Shown: one piece after another, positions 1 to 10,691 of the stretch | How the letters are laid out: each line of letters opens with the position of its first letter | Numbering within the stretch: position 1 is the stretch's first letter | From: an uncultured SAR86 cluster bacterium | Lineage (GTDB): Bacteria; Pseudomonadota; Gammaproteobacteria; Magnimaribacterales; TMED112 | DNA length: 64,000 nucleotides | NCBI GenBank assembly: GCA_902526535.1 | Contig: CABZLG010000002.1 | Coordinates: 28,017-92,016 of the forward strand | Direction of reading: 5' to 3' | Position numbers and translations under genes: made by a program | The notes under the pieces: generated by a model | Database searches by the model: none | What the model saw: the letters and a program-made list of their open reading frames with translations, nothing else | Told to the model about the DNA's origin: nothing

Positions 1-746
1 AGTTCGTAACCCCAATCTCTAAATGCCCCCTCAGTAAATTTTTGAATATTACCTTTATGGATTAATGAAACAGATTTTCTATCATTTTGTATTGCATATT
101 CAAATGATTTCCTTATCAGTCTTTTACTACCCTCTTCTGAGACAGGTTTAATTCCTATTCCACAATTTTCAGAAAATCGTATTTTTTGCACATCAAATTG
201 CTCTTTTAAAACTTTAATTAGTTTTTTTGCTTCCTCAGTATTAGATTCAAATTCAACACCAGCATAAATATCTTCAGAGTTTTCTCTAAAAATCACCATA
301 TTTACAAGCTCCGGATGTTTTACAGGGCTTGGAGTTCCTTTAAAATACTTTACTGGTCTTAAACAAACATATAGATCTAGTTCTTGTCTCAAAGCTACAT
401 TTAATGATCTTATACCCCCACCAACTGGAGTTGTAAGTGGTCCTTTAATAGATACAATGTACTCTTTACACAAATCTAAAGTTTCTTTTGGAAGCCATTC
501 ATCAGCACCATAAACCTCTACTGATTTTTCACCACAAAAAACCTCCATCCAGCTGATTTTTCTTTTACCTCCATACGCGGCCTCTACAGATGCATCAACT
601 ACCTTTTTCATTACCGGTGTAATATCTATTCCAATACCGTCTCCCTCTATAAAGGGAATAATAGGATTATCTGGAACAACAAGTTTGCCTTGTTTTATAG
701 TAATTTTTTCGCCTTTGGATGGTATTTTTACTTTTGATGAGTTCAT
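1..746 (-). CDS. icd: isocitrate dehydrogenase (NADP), N-terminal ~248 codons; the rest lies beyond the window start
   Basis: Not in the ORF track because it runs off the edge. My own minus-strand translation from the ATG at 746-744 gives [44 protein letters not shown]...[47 protein letters not shown]...[11 protein letters not shown]. This is colinear with E. coli Icd as I remember it. Confidence 0.9.
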   Translation of the reverse strand, partial: MNSSKVKIPSKGEKITIKQGKLVVPDNPIIPFIEGDGIGIDITPVMKKVVDASVEAAYGGKRKISWMEVFCGEKSVEVYGADEWLPKETLDLCKEYIVSIKGPLTTPVGGGIRSLNVALRQELDLYVCLRPVKYFKGTPSPVKHPELVNMVIFRENSEDIYAGVEFESNTEEAKKLIKVLKEQFDVQKIRFSENCGIGIKPVSEEGSKRLIRKSFEYAIQNDRKSVSLIHKGNIQKFTEGAFRDWGYE

Positions 747-812
747 GTTGATTAAATCGAGCTTGATTATACTTACATTTGCATTAAATATTAAGACTTA
801 ATTTAAATTGAT

Positions 813-1952
813 ATGAAAAAAAATAAAAAAGTAATAGTAGGAATATCAGGAGGTGTTGACTCCTCCGTAGCAGCATTATTATTAAAATCATCAGGTTTCA
901 CTGTTCAGGGTCTGTTCATGCAAAATTGGACTAATGAAACTCCAAGTATTAAGTGCACATCTGAGGAAGATTACAAAGATGCAGAAAAAGTTTGTGATCA
1001 AATTGGCATACCCTTAATGAAAGCAAACTTTTCATCTCAGTATTGGGAGAAAGTTTTTGAAAATTTCCTAGACGATCATCACCGAGGATTAACACCTAAT
1101 CCAGACATTCTTTGCAATAAAGAAATAAAATTCAGAGCATTTCTTGATTATTGTCTTGATATTGGTGCTGATTATATTGCAACTGGACATTATGTCCGGA
1201 CAAAAGTTTCTGGGAGCAACTCGAAATTATTAAGAGGGATCGATGAAAAAAAAGATCAGTCATATTTTTTGCACCAGGTAAAAGGGAAAGATTTAAATAG
1301 AGCGATATTTCCACTTGGAGAACTAAAGAAAACCGAAGTAAGAAAGATAGCTTCAGACAATGAACTATTGACTATGAATAAAAAAGACTCTGTAGGAATC
1401 TGTTTCATTGGTAAAAATAATTACAATGATTTCATTTCTAATTTTTTAGGGAAAAAACCCGGCTCAATTCTAGATGAAAATGGAGTAAAATTAGGAAATC
1501 ACCAAGGACTAATGTACTTTACTCTTGGTCAAAGACAAGGAATTGGCATTGGAGGAGTTAAAGGCAAATTGCAAGACTCTTGGTATGTCGCACATAAAAA
1601 TATAGCAAATAATGAGCTGACTGTTGTTCAGGGTGGTTCCAATCCACTTTTATATAGCGATGGTTGTTTTGTAGAGAAGTTACATTGGATTGACGATCAA
1701 ATTTTTGATGAAAACAATCTTAAAGTTCAGATTAGATATCAATCAAAAGCAGTTAGTTGCAAACTTAAAAAAGTTAAAGGGTGTTATAAAATTATTTTTG
1801 ATAAGCCCGAGTTGGCAGTCACACCTGGACAGTCAGCTGTACTGTATTTAGGAGAGGAATGTTTAGGTGGAGGAATTATAAAGGAAAGAATTTCAAAAGA
1901 TTTTTACAACTGGGCAGAGAATAGAGGTTATAATTACCAAGTCTATGGATGA
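813..1952 (+). CDS. mnmA: tRNA 2-thiouridylase (mnm5s2U34 synthesis)
   Basis: 379-aa ORF with the PP-loop VGISGGVDSSVAA and the DILCNKEIKF catalytic-Cys context. Length and colinearity are typical of MnmA. It overlaps purB by 8 nt. Confidence 0.9.
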   Translation: MKKNKKVIVGISGGVDSSVAALLLKSSGFTVQGLFMQNWTNETPSIKCTSEEDYKDAEKVCDQIGIPLMKANFSSQYWEKVFENFLDDHHRGLTPNPDILCNKEIKFRAFLDYCLDIGADYIATGHYVRTKVSGSNSKLLRGIDEKKDQSYFLHQVKGKDLNRAIFPLGELKKTEVRKIASDNELLTMNKKDSVGICFIGKNNYNDFISNFLGKKPGSILDENGVKLGNHQGLMYFTLGQRQGIGIGGVKGKLQDSWYVAHKNIANNELTVVQGGSNPLLYSDGCFVEKLHWIDDQIFDENNLKVQIRYQSKAVSCKLKKVKGCYKIIFDKPELAVTPGQSAVLYLGEECLGGGIIKERISKDFYNWAENRGYNYQVYG

Positions 1953-3282
1953 GACAAATCTGAGGAACCTCTCTCCTCTTGATGGAAGATACCGCGATAA
2001 AACAAAAGAAAGTCGTGAGATTTTCTCTGAAGAATCTTTGATCAATAAAAGATTAACAGTTGAGTTAAAGTGGCTTAAATTTTTTATAAAAAACTTCAGA
2101 AAGGACCTTGTTAAAAAATCAGACTTTAAAAAGCTTGATTTACTTCTAAAAAAATTACCAAAAAATTTACCTTTGAAAGTTAAGGAGATAGAGAAAACTA
2201 CAAATCATGATGTTAAAGCAGTTGAACTTGCTTTAAGTGAAAAATTTAAACAAAAAGAATTTAAGAATTTAATTCATATTTTTCTTACTTCAGAAGATGT
2301 AAATAGTTTTAGCTATGCAATTATGATGAAAGAGATTCAGAATGCATCACAAAATTGGGTTCAAGGTGTTATTTCAATACTTAACAAAATGAGAACAAAA
2401 TATGCAGATTTGGTAATGCTTTCTAAAACCCATGGACAGCCTGCAAGCCCTACTACTCTAGGGAAAGAGATCAATGTTTTTAAAACCAGGCTTGAAAGAG
2501 AAATCAAAACTATGAAACAACTTCAAGCAAGAGCAAAATGGGGAGGAGCTACAGGAAATTACAACGTGCATCAGCTAGTTTTCAAGGAAAATTGGGTAAC
2601 AATATCAAGAAAATTTTTGAATGAGTCAAAAGTTGAACTCTGTGAAGTAAGTACACAAATTGAACCACATGATTTCATGGCAGAGCAATTCAATTCTATG
2701 CAAAGAATTTCAAATATTTTACTGGACCTGTCTAGAGATATCTGGACATATATATCAATGGACTATTTCAAATTGAAAGTTCTCAAAAGTGAAGTTGGCT
2801 CGTCAACAATGCCACATAAAGTTAATCCTATAGATTTTGAAAATGCGGAAGGAAATCTTGGTTTATCAAATGCTTTATTTTCTCATCTTTCAGAAAAATT
2901 ACCTGTTTCACGACTTCAAAGAGATCTTTCTGATTCAACAGTGTTAAGGAGCATTGGTTCTGCTTATGGATATTTCGAGCTTTCAGTAAATTCTTTACTT
3001 AAAGGCCTTAATAAACTCGAGGCAAATAAAGCTAATATAGGCAAAGAATTAGATGGAAAATACGAAATTTTAACTGAAGCGATTCAAACCTTTCTAAGGC
3101 TTGAGGGTGTTGTTGAGCCTTATGAAAAGGTTAAGAAAATATCACGTGGAAATGTTATAGATAAAGAGACTTATTTTAAAATCATTGATGAATTAGTAGT
3201 TGATAAAAGCCATAAAGAAACTCTAAAAAATTTAACTCCTCAAACGTACGTAGGAATTGCTGAAGAGTTAGCTAAATTATAA
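1945..3282 (+). CDS. purB: adenylosuccinate lyase
   Basis: 445-aa ORF with the LSPLDGRY N-terminus and the fumarate-lyase signature GSSTMPHKVNP. Confidence 0.9.
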   Translation: MDETNLRNLSPLDGRYRDKTKESREIFSEESLINKRLTVELKWLKFFIKNFRKDLVKKSDFKKLDLLLKKLPKNLPLKVKEIEKTTNHDVKAVELALSEKFKQKEFKNLIHIFLTSEDVNSFSYAIMMKEIQNASQNWVQGVISILNKMRTKYADLVMLSKTHGQPASPTTLGKEINVFKTRLEREIKTMKQLQARAKWGGATGNYNVHQLVFKENWVTISRKFLNESKVELCEVSTQIEPHDFMAEQFNSMQRISNILLDLSRDIWTYISMDYFKLKVLKSEVGSSTMPHKVNPIDFENAEGNLGLSNALFSHLSEKLPVSRLQRDLSDSTVLRSIGSAYGYFELSVNSLLKGLNKLEANKANIGKELDGKYEILTEAIQTFLRLEGVVEPYEKVKKISRGNVIDKETYFKIIDELVVDKSHKETLKNLTPQTYVGIAEELAKL

Positions 3283-3290
3283 GGAAAAAT

Positions 3291-4862
3291 ATGAAATTTA
3301 ATTTTGATTTACCCGAAGAATCTCAGGAAATTTTTTCTGAGGATGCCAATAATTTTGTAGAAAATTTACATAAGAAATTTGATACAAAAATAAAAGCTTT
3401 GCTAGAAGAAAGAAAAAAAAGACAAAAGCTTTTCGATGAGGGGAGCCTGCCAGATTTTCTAAAGGATACTAAAGAAATAAGGGAATCAGAATGGAAAGTG
3501 AGACCAATACCAAATGATCTTCTTGACAGGAGAGTAGAGATTACAGGTCCAGTAGATAGAAAGATGATTATCAACGCTTTGAATTCAGATGTGAAAGTAT
3601 TTATGGCAGATTTTGAAGACTCACTAAGTCCCACCTGGGAAAACGTAGCTAATGGACAAAAAAATCTCTTCGATGCTGTAAGGCGAACAATATCTTTTGA
3701 AAATCCTGACAATGGCAAAAAATATAAATTGAATGAAGAAATTGCAACATTAATGTGCAGGGTCAGAGGCATTCATTTAAAAGAGAAAGGTTTGATAATC
3801 GATGGCTCCCAGCCATATGGGTGCTTGGTCGATTTTGGATATTATCTTTTTCATAATGCTAAGGAATTGATGAACAAAAATACTGGACCTTACTTTTACA
3901 TCCCAAAACTTCAATCGCATTTAGAGGCCAGACTTTGGAACGATATCATTTCTTTTGCTGAGGAAAATTTAAATATTCCGAAGGGAACTGTGAGAGTAAC
4001 ATGTTTAATTGAAACTCTTCCAGCAGTTTTTGAAATGGAAGAAATTTTGTATGAACTTAAAGATTACATTGTAGCGCTTAACTGTGGTAGATGGGATTAT
4101 ATTTTCAGTTACATAAAAACCTTTCAAAAGCATTCGGATAAATTATTACCTGACAGATATCAGGTAGGAATGAATCAACCTTTTTTAAATTCGTACTCTA
4201 GATTGCTTATTAAAACTTGCCATAAAAGAGGCGCCTTTGCTATGGGGGGGATGGCAGCCTTCATACCATCAAAAGATCCTGACGAAAACAAAATTGTTAC
4301 CGAAAAAGTAATGGGAGATAAGCTTCTTGAAACATCTAATGGACATGATGGAACTTGGATTGCTCATCCTGGATTATCTGATATTGCAAATAATGTTTTC
4401 TCTAATGCATTCGAACCAGGAAAAACAAATCAGATGCATATTCTTAGAGAGGATGATCATATTAAAGCTAGAGATCTTATTACTCCATGTGAAGGAAATT
4501 TTACGGAGGAGTGCTTTCGTTCAAATATTAGAGTCTGTTTGAGATATATTGAAGCCTGGTTAAGAGGTATTGGATGTGTGCCTATTTATGGACTTATGGA
4601 AGACGCAGCAACAGCCGAAATATCAAGAAGTTCTCTATGGCAATGGGTGAAACATTCAGTAGAACTAGACACAGGTTTAGTATGTTCGAAGCAAACATTT
4701 GAAAAAATTTTAGATGAAGAATACAATGTCGTTCAAGAAGAGGTTGGGCAGGACTCTTTGGCTTCAGGTAAGTTTTCCGAGGCTAAATCACTTTTAAAAG
4801 ATTTAGTTCAAAGCGGTGAATTAACTGATTTTCTTACATTGCCAGCATATAGGAGTATTTAA
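3291..4862 (+). CDS. aceB: malate synthase A
   Basis: 523-aa ORF with malate synthase signature context LNCGRWDYIFSYIK and DGTWIAHPG. An AAGGA-type RBS lies 8 nt after the purB stop. Confidence 0.9.
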   Translation: MKFNFDLPEESQEIFSEDANNFVENLHKKFDTKIKALLEERKKRQKLFDEGSLPDFLKDTKEIRESEWKVRPIPNDLLDRRVEITGPVDRKMIINALNSDVKVFMADFEDSLSPTWENVANGQKNLFDAVRRTISFENPDNGKKYKLNEEIATLMCRVRGIHLKEKGLIIDGSQPYGCLVDFGYYLFHNAKELMNKNTGPYFYIPKLQSHLEARLWNDIISFAEENLNIPKGTVRVTCLIETLPAVFEMEEILYELKDYIVALNCGRWDYIFSYIKTFQKHSDKLLPDRYQVGMNQPFLNSYSRLLIKTCHKRGAFAMGGMAAFIPSKDPDENKIVTEKVMGDKLLETSNGHDGTWIAHPGLSDIANNVFSNAFEPGKTNQMHILREDDHIKARDLITPCEGNFTEECFRSNIRVCLRYIEAWLRGIGCVPIYGLMEDAATAEISRSSLWQWVKHSVELDTGLVCSKQTFEKILDEEYNVVQEEVGQDSLASGKFSEAKSLLKDLVQSGELTDFLTLPAYRSI

Positions 4863-6146
4863 ATGAAGTTAGCTGAACAAGTAGCTTCTCTCGAGAAGGA
4901 TTGGGCTGAAAACCCAAGATGGAAACACGTAAAAAGACCTTATTCTGCAGAAGAAGTCGTGAAGTTAAGAGGCTCTCTGCAACCTGAAAGCACACTTGCA
5001 AGAAAAGGTGCTGAAAAGCTTTGGAAATATTTAGAGACTGAAGAATACATTAATTGCTTGGGTGCTTTAACTGGCGGACAAGCTGTACAACAAGTTAAAG
5101 CCGGTGTAAAAGCGATATATCTTTCAGGATGGCAGGTTGCTGCGGATAATAATTCTGCTGAAACAATGTATCCGGATCAATCACTTTATCCTGTAGATTC
5201 AGTTCCAAATGTTATTACTAGAATTAATAATGCTTTCAGACGCGCTGACCAAATTGAATGGATGAATACAAATGGTGAACCGAAGTTTGATTTTTTTGCA
5301 CCTATTATTGCTGATGCTGAAGCAGGTTTTGGAGGTGTATTAAATGCCTTTGAATTAATGAAGCGAATGATTCGTGCAGGAGCTGCAGGAGTTCATTTTG
5401 AAGATCAGCTTGCAAGTGTAAAAAAATGTGGTCATTTGGGAGGGAAAGTTTTAGTGCCAACAAAAGATGCTGTAGAAAAGCTTATAGCTGCAAGGTTGGC
5501 AGCAGATGTATCTAATACCCCGACAATATTAGTTGCAAGAACTGACGCTGATGCAGCAGACCTTGTTACATCAGATGTTGACGAAACAGATAAGCCATTT
5601 TTAACTGGAGAACGAACCTCAGAGGGTTTTTATAGGTCTAAAGCTGGCTTAGATCAGGCAATAGCAAGAGGTTTAGCATATGCACCCTACTCTGATTTGG
5701 TTTGGTGTGAAACATCAAAACCGGATCTAGAGCAAGCAAAAGTTTTTGCTGAAGCAATTAAAAAAGATCATCCTGAAATTTTACTGGCATATAATTGCTC
5801 ACCTTCGTTTAATTGGAAAAAGAACCTTGATGAGCAAACTATAGCTAAGTTTCAAAAAGAGCTTGGTGCAATGGGCTACAAATTTCAATTTATCACTTTG
5901 GCTGGTATTCATTCGATGTGGCATAGCATGTTTAAACTTTCAAAAGAGTATGTAAATGATGGTATGTCAGCTTATGTACGATTACAGGAAGAAGAGTTTT
6001 CAGATGCTAATAAGGGATATACATTTGTTTCCCATCAACAGGAAGTTGGAACTGGGTATTTTGATGCAGTGAATGAATGTATTCAGGGTGGTGAAAGCGC
6101 TACTTCAGCACTCAAAGGTTCAACTGAAGAAGAACAATTTAAATAA
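4863..6146 (+). CDS. aceA: isocitrate lyase
   Basis: 427-aa ORF with the ICL signature KKCGHLGGK. Its ATG directly abuts the aceB TAA. Confidence 0.92.
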   Translation: MKLAEQVASLEKDWAENPRWKHVKRPYSAEEVVKLRGSLQPESTLARKGAEKLWKYLETEEYINCLGALTGGQAVQQVKAGVKAIYLSGWQVAADNNSAETMYPDQSLYPVDSVPNVITRINNAFRRADQIEWMNTNGEPKFDFFAPIIADAEAGFGGVLNAFELMKRMIRAGAAGVHFEDQLASVKKCGHLGGKVLVPTKDAVEKLIAARLAADVSNTPTILVARTDADAADLVTSDVDETDKPFLTGERTSEGFYRSKAGLDQAIARGLAYAPYSDLVWCETSKPDLEQAKVFAEAIKKDHPEILLAYNCSPSFNWKKNLDEQTIAKFQKELGAMGYKFQFITLAGIHSMWHSMFKLSKEYVNDGMSAYVRLQEEEFSDANKGYTFVSHQQEVGTGYFDAVNECIQGGESATSALKGSTEEEQFK

Positions 6147-6157
6147 AACTTAGTTTC

Positions 6158-6187
6158 AAGCCTGCTTCGAGCAGGCCTTCTTTTATG
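6158..6187 (+). terminator. rho-independent terminator after aceA
   Basis: Stem GCCTGC (6160-6165) pairs with GCAGGC (6171-6176), with loop TTCGA, followed by CTTCTTTTAT. Confidence 0.6.
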
Positions 6188-6510
6188 CTTAATTTCTTTC
6201 TTAAGCAATCCTTTTTCTTGTTATTTTCAATAATATTTATCGCCTCATACAGTAGTGAAAAAAATTCTCAAAATTTAATTAATGAAGAACAGACATTTGT
6301 TTTTTTAGTAAGTATTTTTAAAGAGAGTGTAAAAAGTTATGAGCAGCTTAACTAGAATCCAATTGCTAAAATCTAAAGTTCCATTACTAAGGTATGACCA
6401 TTAATCTTGATAATTCTGGATGCTTAGACCTTATCTCTTCCTCTAATAGCTGGACGGATGAAACAGCTACCAAAAATTTTTTATATAGCTTGGTAAATGT
6501 AAAAATATGA
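6185..6510 (+). pseudogene. three short ORFs (57, 21 and 38 codons) tiling the spacer in successively shifted frames; possible frameshifted relic or a small secreted-protein gene
   Basis: Own translation gives three ORFs. 6185-6358 is MLNFFLKQSFFLLFSIIFIASYSSEKNSQNLINEEQTFVFLVSIFKESVKSYEQLN*. 6339-6404 is MSSLTRIQLLKSKVPLLRYDH*. 6394-6510 is MTINLDNSGCLDLISSSNSWTDETATKNFLYSLVNVKI*. Each ORF overlaps the end of the previous one. I recognise no family. Confidence 0.25.
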
Positions 6511-6669
6511 TTAATCCTTCACTTTGCCACAAACTTCGCATTTATCTCCTTTTGATAGATAAACACCGCCACAGCTCGGCTGTAAAGGCTTTTTCTTTAG
6601 AATTAGGCCTACAGACATACCTAGAATAGATAAAGAAGCTATAATAAGCCCTAGAATTGTGTTAATCAC
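6511..6669 (-). CDS. nqrM: Na+-NQR maturation protein NqrM (52 aa, below the ORF-track cutoff)
   Basis: Own translation from the GTG at 6669-6667 (GTGA overlap with the apbE stop) gives [52 protein letters not shown]. It has one TM helix plus a Cys cluster, and it sits directly after nqrF-apbE as NqrM does. Confidence 0.6.
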   Translation of the reverse strand: MINTILGLIIASLSILGMSVGLILKKKPLQPSCGGVYLSKGDKCEVCGKVKD

Positions 6670-7469
6670 GGGTATATTTTACTCCATTTTGAAGAATTTA
6701 GAGTTTCCCCATCTTTTTTAATAAAAAAAACAGCTATTTGCTCATTTTCAGCAATTTTTAAACCTTCTTTAGTGCCTAAAACATACATTGTTGTAGCCCA
6801 AGCATCTGCGTATGCAGCGCTTTCATGCAATACTGTTACATTAGCTACATCTCTAGGCCCCTCCCCCCAAATATGTCCTGGATTTTTATATTCTCCAGAA
6901 GTAGCAATAGAAAGTCCCTTAGATGGCATAAGAAATGATTTAAATATTTTTTGGTTCATGCTGAAGGGGTCTTCAATTGCCCATTTCCAATTACCTCGGT
7001 GAGGGGCTAATCCCCTCGCTTTAATTTCACCACCTATCTCAATAAAGTAATCATTAATTCCGTTTTCCTGCATAATATCGGCTACTTTATCAACTGCATA
7101 ACCTTTGGCTACAGCTGAAAAATCTAAAACTCTACCTTGAAGAGGGTCGAAAGCATTTTTGCTTTTTTCACTTAAATTTAAAGAAAGATCGTACAGATAT
7201 CTCAAATCTTTTGACCAAGAGTTCATTTCTTCAATAGAGGTATTTAATACCTCAGAATTTTCCTTGTAAGTAGAAAATATTAAGTCGATACGATTAAGTT
7301 CTTTTTCAATTTTTTCTGGAATTAATGGATATAATTCCTGTCCTTCCGGATGAACAAAACGATATTTATAACTCGTACCATATATCTCACCATTTGCAGT
7401 GGTGTAAGTAAATTGTTGGCATCCAACAAGTATTAAAATTAAAAGGAGATGTCTAACCACCAAAGTCAT
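6666..7469 (-). CDS. apbE: FAD:protein FMN transferase (flavinylates NqrB/NqrC), lipoprotein-type signal
   Basis: The track ORF starts at a GTG (7496). The ATG at 7469 gives [17 protein letters not shown], a lipobox-like signal. ApbE-like core motifs are present ([19 protein letters not shown]), and the gene follows nqrF. It is short for the family. Confidence 0.8.
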   Translation of the reverse strand: MTLVVRHLLLILILVGCQQFTYTTANGEIYGTSYKYRFVHPEGQELYPLIPEKIEKELNRIDLIFSTYKENSEVLNTSIEEMNSWSKDLRYLYDLSLNLSEKSKNAFDPLQGRVLDFSAVAKGYAVDKVADIMQENGINDYFIEIGGEIKARGLAPHRGNWKWAIEDPFSMNQKIFKSFLMPSKGLSIATSGEYKNPGHIWGEGPRDVANVTVLHESAAYADAWATTMYVLGTKEGLKIAENEQIAVFFIKKDGETLNSSKWSKIYP

Positions 7470-8676
7470 CCAACATGATATTCTCTTCTTCAACACCTAA
7501 GTCAGATAGCATTTTTATGCAAGAAGAGTTCATTATTGGTGGGCCGCATAAGTAGTATTCGCAATCCTCTGGAGCGGGATGTTTTGCAAGATACTCGTCT
7601 TGTGTAACTTGATGAATGAAACCTGTAAGCCCTTTCCAATTATCCTCTGGAAGTGCATCTGAAAGTGCTACATGAAATGAAAAGTTTTCATGTTCTTTTG
7701 CAAGTTTTTCAAACTCATCTTGATAGAAAATTTCTTTCATACTTCTTGCTCCATACCAATAACTAATTTTTCTATTTGAATTTAGCCGTAATAATTGGTC
7801 AAAAATATGAGATCTTAAAGGAGCCATACCAGCCCCTCCCCCAATAAAGACCATTTCATTTTCAGTTTCTTTTGCGAAGAACTCTCCAAATGGACCAAAA
7901 ACTTTTACTTTATCCCCTGGTTTTAAACTAAAAACATAAGAGGACATTACACCAGGTGGGAAGTCTGACCCGGGAGGTGGTGACGCTACCCTAATATTAA
8001 ATTTTAAAACACCCTCTTCAAGAGGATAATTCGCCATTGAATAAGCTCTAATTATTGGTTCTGGATTAGAGGCAAAATTATCCCAAATTTTAAATCTGTC
8101 CCAGTCAGAGTGGTACTCCTTCTCGATTTTAAAATCTTTGTATTTTATTAACTCATATGCTGGAGCTTCTAGTTGAACGTAACCACCAGCTTTAAATCTT
8201 ACATTCTCTCCTTCTGGCAATTTAAGAACTAACTCCTTAATGAAAGTAGCTACATTTTTATTTGAAATTACTTCACACTCCCACTCCTTAACTCCAAAAA
8301 CCTCATCAGGTATCTGAATTTTCATATCTCTTTTAACAGGAACTTGGCAAGAGAGACGCCAATTATCATTCTGTTGTTTGTAGTTGAAGTGAGACTGTTC
8401 AGTAGAGAGAATGTCTCCGCCTCCATCTGTAACTTGGCATTTGCATTCAGCACAGGTTCCACCACCTCCACATGCAGATGCTAGGTAAATATTTTTTGCA
8501 GCTAGTGTACTAAGCAACTTTCCACCTGCAGGCACTGTGATACTTTTCTCTGGATCATCATTAATCTCAATTGTTACATCACCAGTTGAAACTAGTTGGG
8601 AACGAGCCAACATTACAAATGCAACTAGTACTGATACAACAAGGGTGAAAGCTAAAATCCCAAGATATAAATCCAT
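7453..8676 (-). CDS. nqrF: Na+-translocating NADH:quinone oxidoreductase subunit F
   Basis: 407 aa with an N-terminal TM segment, 2Fe-2S motif [12 protein letters not shown] and an FAD/NADH-binding domain ([15 protein letters not shown]). Confidence 0.93.
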   Translation of the reverse strand: MDLYLGILAFTLVVSVLVAFVMLARSQLVSTGDVTIEINDDPEKSITVPAGGKLLSTLAAKNIYLASACGGGGTCAECKCQVTDGGGDILSTEQSHFNYKQQNDNWRLSCQVPVKRDMKIQIPDEVFGVKEWECEVISNKNVATFIKELVLKLPEGENVRFKAGGYVQLEAPAYELIKYKDFKIEKEYHSDWDRFKIWDNFASNPEPIIRAYSMANYPLEEGVLKFNIRVASPPPGSDFPPGVMSSYVFSLKPGDKVKVFGPFGEFFAKETENEMVFIGGGAGMAPLRSHIFDQLLRLNSNRKISYWYGARSMKEIFYQDEFEKLAKEHENFSFHVALSDALPEDNWKGLTGFIHQVTQDEYLAKHPAPEDCEYYLCGPPIMNSSCIKMLSDLGVEEENIMLDDFGG

Positions 8677-9284
8677 TAAAGTATTATTCCTCCAAATGAC
8701 ATAAACCCAAAACTCATTAAACCAACAATTATATAAGTAATACCCAATCCTCTAAGACCTTCAGGAATATCGCTATATTTAAGCTTTTCCCTTATACCTG
8801 CAAGCAATACTATTGCTAATGCCCAGCCAAATCCTGCTCCGAAGCCATAGGTAACACTTTCAATTAAGTTATAGTTCTTTTCTACCATAATTAAAGAGGC
8901 TCCAAGAATTGCACAATTAACAGTTATAAGTGGCAAAAAGATTCCAAGCTGGTTGTAAAGAGCTGGCACATATTTATCAAGAAACATTTCCAAAATTTGT
9001 ACGGCAGCTGCTATAACTCCAATGTAGGTAATAAGTTCAACAAATTCTAAGTTTGTGTTCTCTAAACCAGCCCATGATAAAGCCCCTTCCTTGAGCACAT
9101 AAGTGTAGATAATGTTATTTAGAGGAACCGTTAATGTTAGAACAACTATAACAGCTAATCCCAAACCAAAAGCTGCTTTTACTTGCTTTGAAATAGCAAA
9201 AAAAGTGCACATCCCTAAAAATAGTGATAATGCTATATTTTCTATAAATACTGTTCTTACAAATAAACTTGTTAGTTCAGCCAT
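8676..9284 (-). CDS. nqrE: Na+-NQR subunit E
   Basis: 202-aa polytopic membrane protein of the NqrDE/RnfAE type, in operon position. Confidence 0.9.
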   Translation of the reverse strand: MAELTSLFVRTVFIENIALSLFLGMCTFFAISKQVKAAFGLGLAVIVVLTLTVPLNNIIYTYVLKEGALSWAGLENTNLEFVELITYIGVIAAAVQILEMFLDKYVPALYNQLGIFLPLITVNCAILGASLIMVEKNYNLIESVTYGFGAGFGWALAIVLLAGIREKLKYSDIPEGLRGLGITYIIVGLMSFGFMSFGGIIL

Positions 9285-9960
9285 TTGACGCCTCCTTTTT
9301 CGCTACAAGTGGTTTAAACGTATGAGTCTTGAGTGGATTTTCATCTTCTTCAATCTGACTAGTACTTATAGATCTTATGACCCAAATCATTAATCCAATT
9401 ATGATAAACGAACTTGGTGGTAGTAAGAGGAAGTTATTTGTTGGATACGAATCAGGCATCACTTGCAAACCGAGAAAGGTACCACTTCCAAAAATCTCTC
9501 TTATCGTTGCAACTACGATCAAAATAAAACTGTAACCCAACCCATTTCCTAATCCATCAAGAAAGCTTCTTATTGGTGGATTTTTCATTGCATAGGCTTC
9601 TGCTCTTCCCATTACAATACAGTTAGTAATAATTAAACCTACAAAAACAGAAAGTTGTTTGCTTGCTTCGTAAGCATACGCTTTAAGTATCTCGTCAACA
9701 ATTATTACTAAGGAAGCAATTACAGTCATCTGAACAATGATTCTTATATTTTCTGGAATATAAAATCTTAAGAGTGATATAAAGAAATTAGATAATGCCA
9801 CCACCGAAGTTAAAGCTGCACACATCACTAGAGTTACATCCATTTTTACTGTAACTGCAAGGGCAGAACATATTCCCAATATTTGTAAAGCGATGGGATT
9901 GTTTTCAATAATTGGTGCAAATAGTAGTTGTTTTGACTCTTTAAAAGTTAATGGTTTCAT
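9277..9960 (-). CDS. nqrD: Na+-NQR subunit D
   Basis: 227 aa with the typical N-terminal stretch [18 protein letters not shown]. Confidence 0.9.
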   Translation of the reverse strand: MKPLTFKESKQLLFAPIIENNPIALQILGICSALAVTVKMDVTLVMCAALTSVVALSNFFISLLRFYIPENIRIIVQMTVIASLVIIVDEILKAYAYEASKQLSVFVGLIITNCIVMGRAEAYAMKNPPIRSFLDGLGNGLGYSFILIVVATIREIFGSGTFLGLQVMPDSYPTNNFLLLPPSSFIIIGLMIWVIRSISTSQIEEDENPLKTHTFKPLVAKKEASNG

Positions 9961-10691
9961 TAGCTGCTAAATGTCTCCTTTACTGTTTTTAAAGCAGGCC
10001 CATAGGCTTCTGGTCCAAGCCAATATTCAATCATGTTTGAGACGCCATTACTGGTTAAAGTTGCTCCAGAGAGACCATCTATCTCATATTTACTCGAAGA
10101 GGCTCCTTTCACAACCTTTAACTCCACTCCTCCATTTTTGTTATATAAAATTTTGCCCTTCCAAATATTTTTCCATTCCTCATTTTCAACTTCTGCACCC
10201 AGTCCAGGAGTTTCTTTATGTTCATAAAATTCAATTCCATTTATTGTGTTTAAATCAGATGCAAGAGATATGTATCCATAAAGCGTTCCCCACAAGCCAT
10301 AGCCTCTTATAGGCAAAACAACCTTTTCAATATTATCTTCTCTATCAAACCACAAATACATTGGTCCAACATTTTCCATTCTTTTCAAAATGGCAATATC
10401 CTTTTCTTTTGGAACTAGCGTTGATAAGTCAGATTTCAAGGTTGCTTTGATATGATCATATTTCTCATCCATCTCAACAAACTCATTCGATATGAAATTT
10501 ACATAAATTATTTCTATTTTTTCAAATTCTTCATCGATATTTTCTGAATTTATTCCAGCAGCTAAAAGAATTTTACTTTTCTTATCATTCTCTAAATTTA
10601 AATCTTGCATTGATCTTACAGAAACAGCTGTAAAAGAAACTACAACAGCACAAGCTATACAGGCAAATAAGGGAATAAATAAATTTTTCAT
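9960..10691 (-). CDS. nqrC: Na+-NQR subunit C
   Basis: 243 aa with a single N-terminal TM segment and the FMN attachment motif [10 protein letters not shown]. Confidence 0.9.
   Translation of the reverse strand: MKNLFIPLFACIACAVVVSFTAVSVRSMQDLNLENDKKSKILLAAGINSENIDEEFEKIEIIYVNFISNEFVEMDEKYDHIKATLKSDLSTLVPKEKDIAILKRMENVGPMYLWFDREDNIEKVVLPIRGYGLWGTLYGYISLASDLNTINGIEFYEHKETPGLGAEVENEEWKNIWKGKILYNKNGGVELKVVKGASSSKYEIDGLSGATLTSNGVSNMIEYWLGPEAYGPALKTVKETFSS

Noticed and set aside
3323-3772. Long antisense ORFs inside well-supported genes. Examples are 149 aa opposite aceB, 142 aa at 42021-42449 opposite the symporter, 133 aa at 19225-19626 opposite etfB, 124 aa at 51953-52327 opposite ppsA, and others in the track.
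   Set aside because: Each lies entirely within a gene with strong family-level evidence on the other strand. Their products are low-complexity (S/L/F/I-rich) with no recognisable motifs. Such shadow ORFs are a known by-product of codon structure on the complementary strand.
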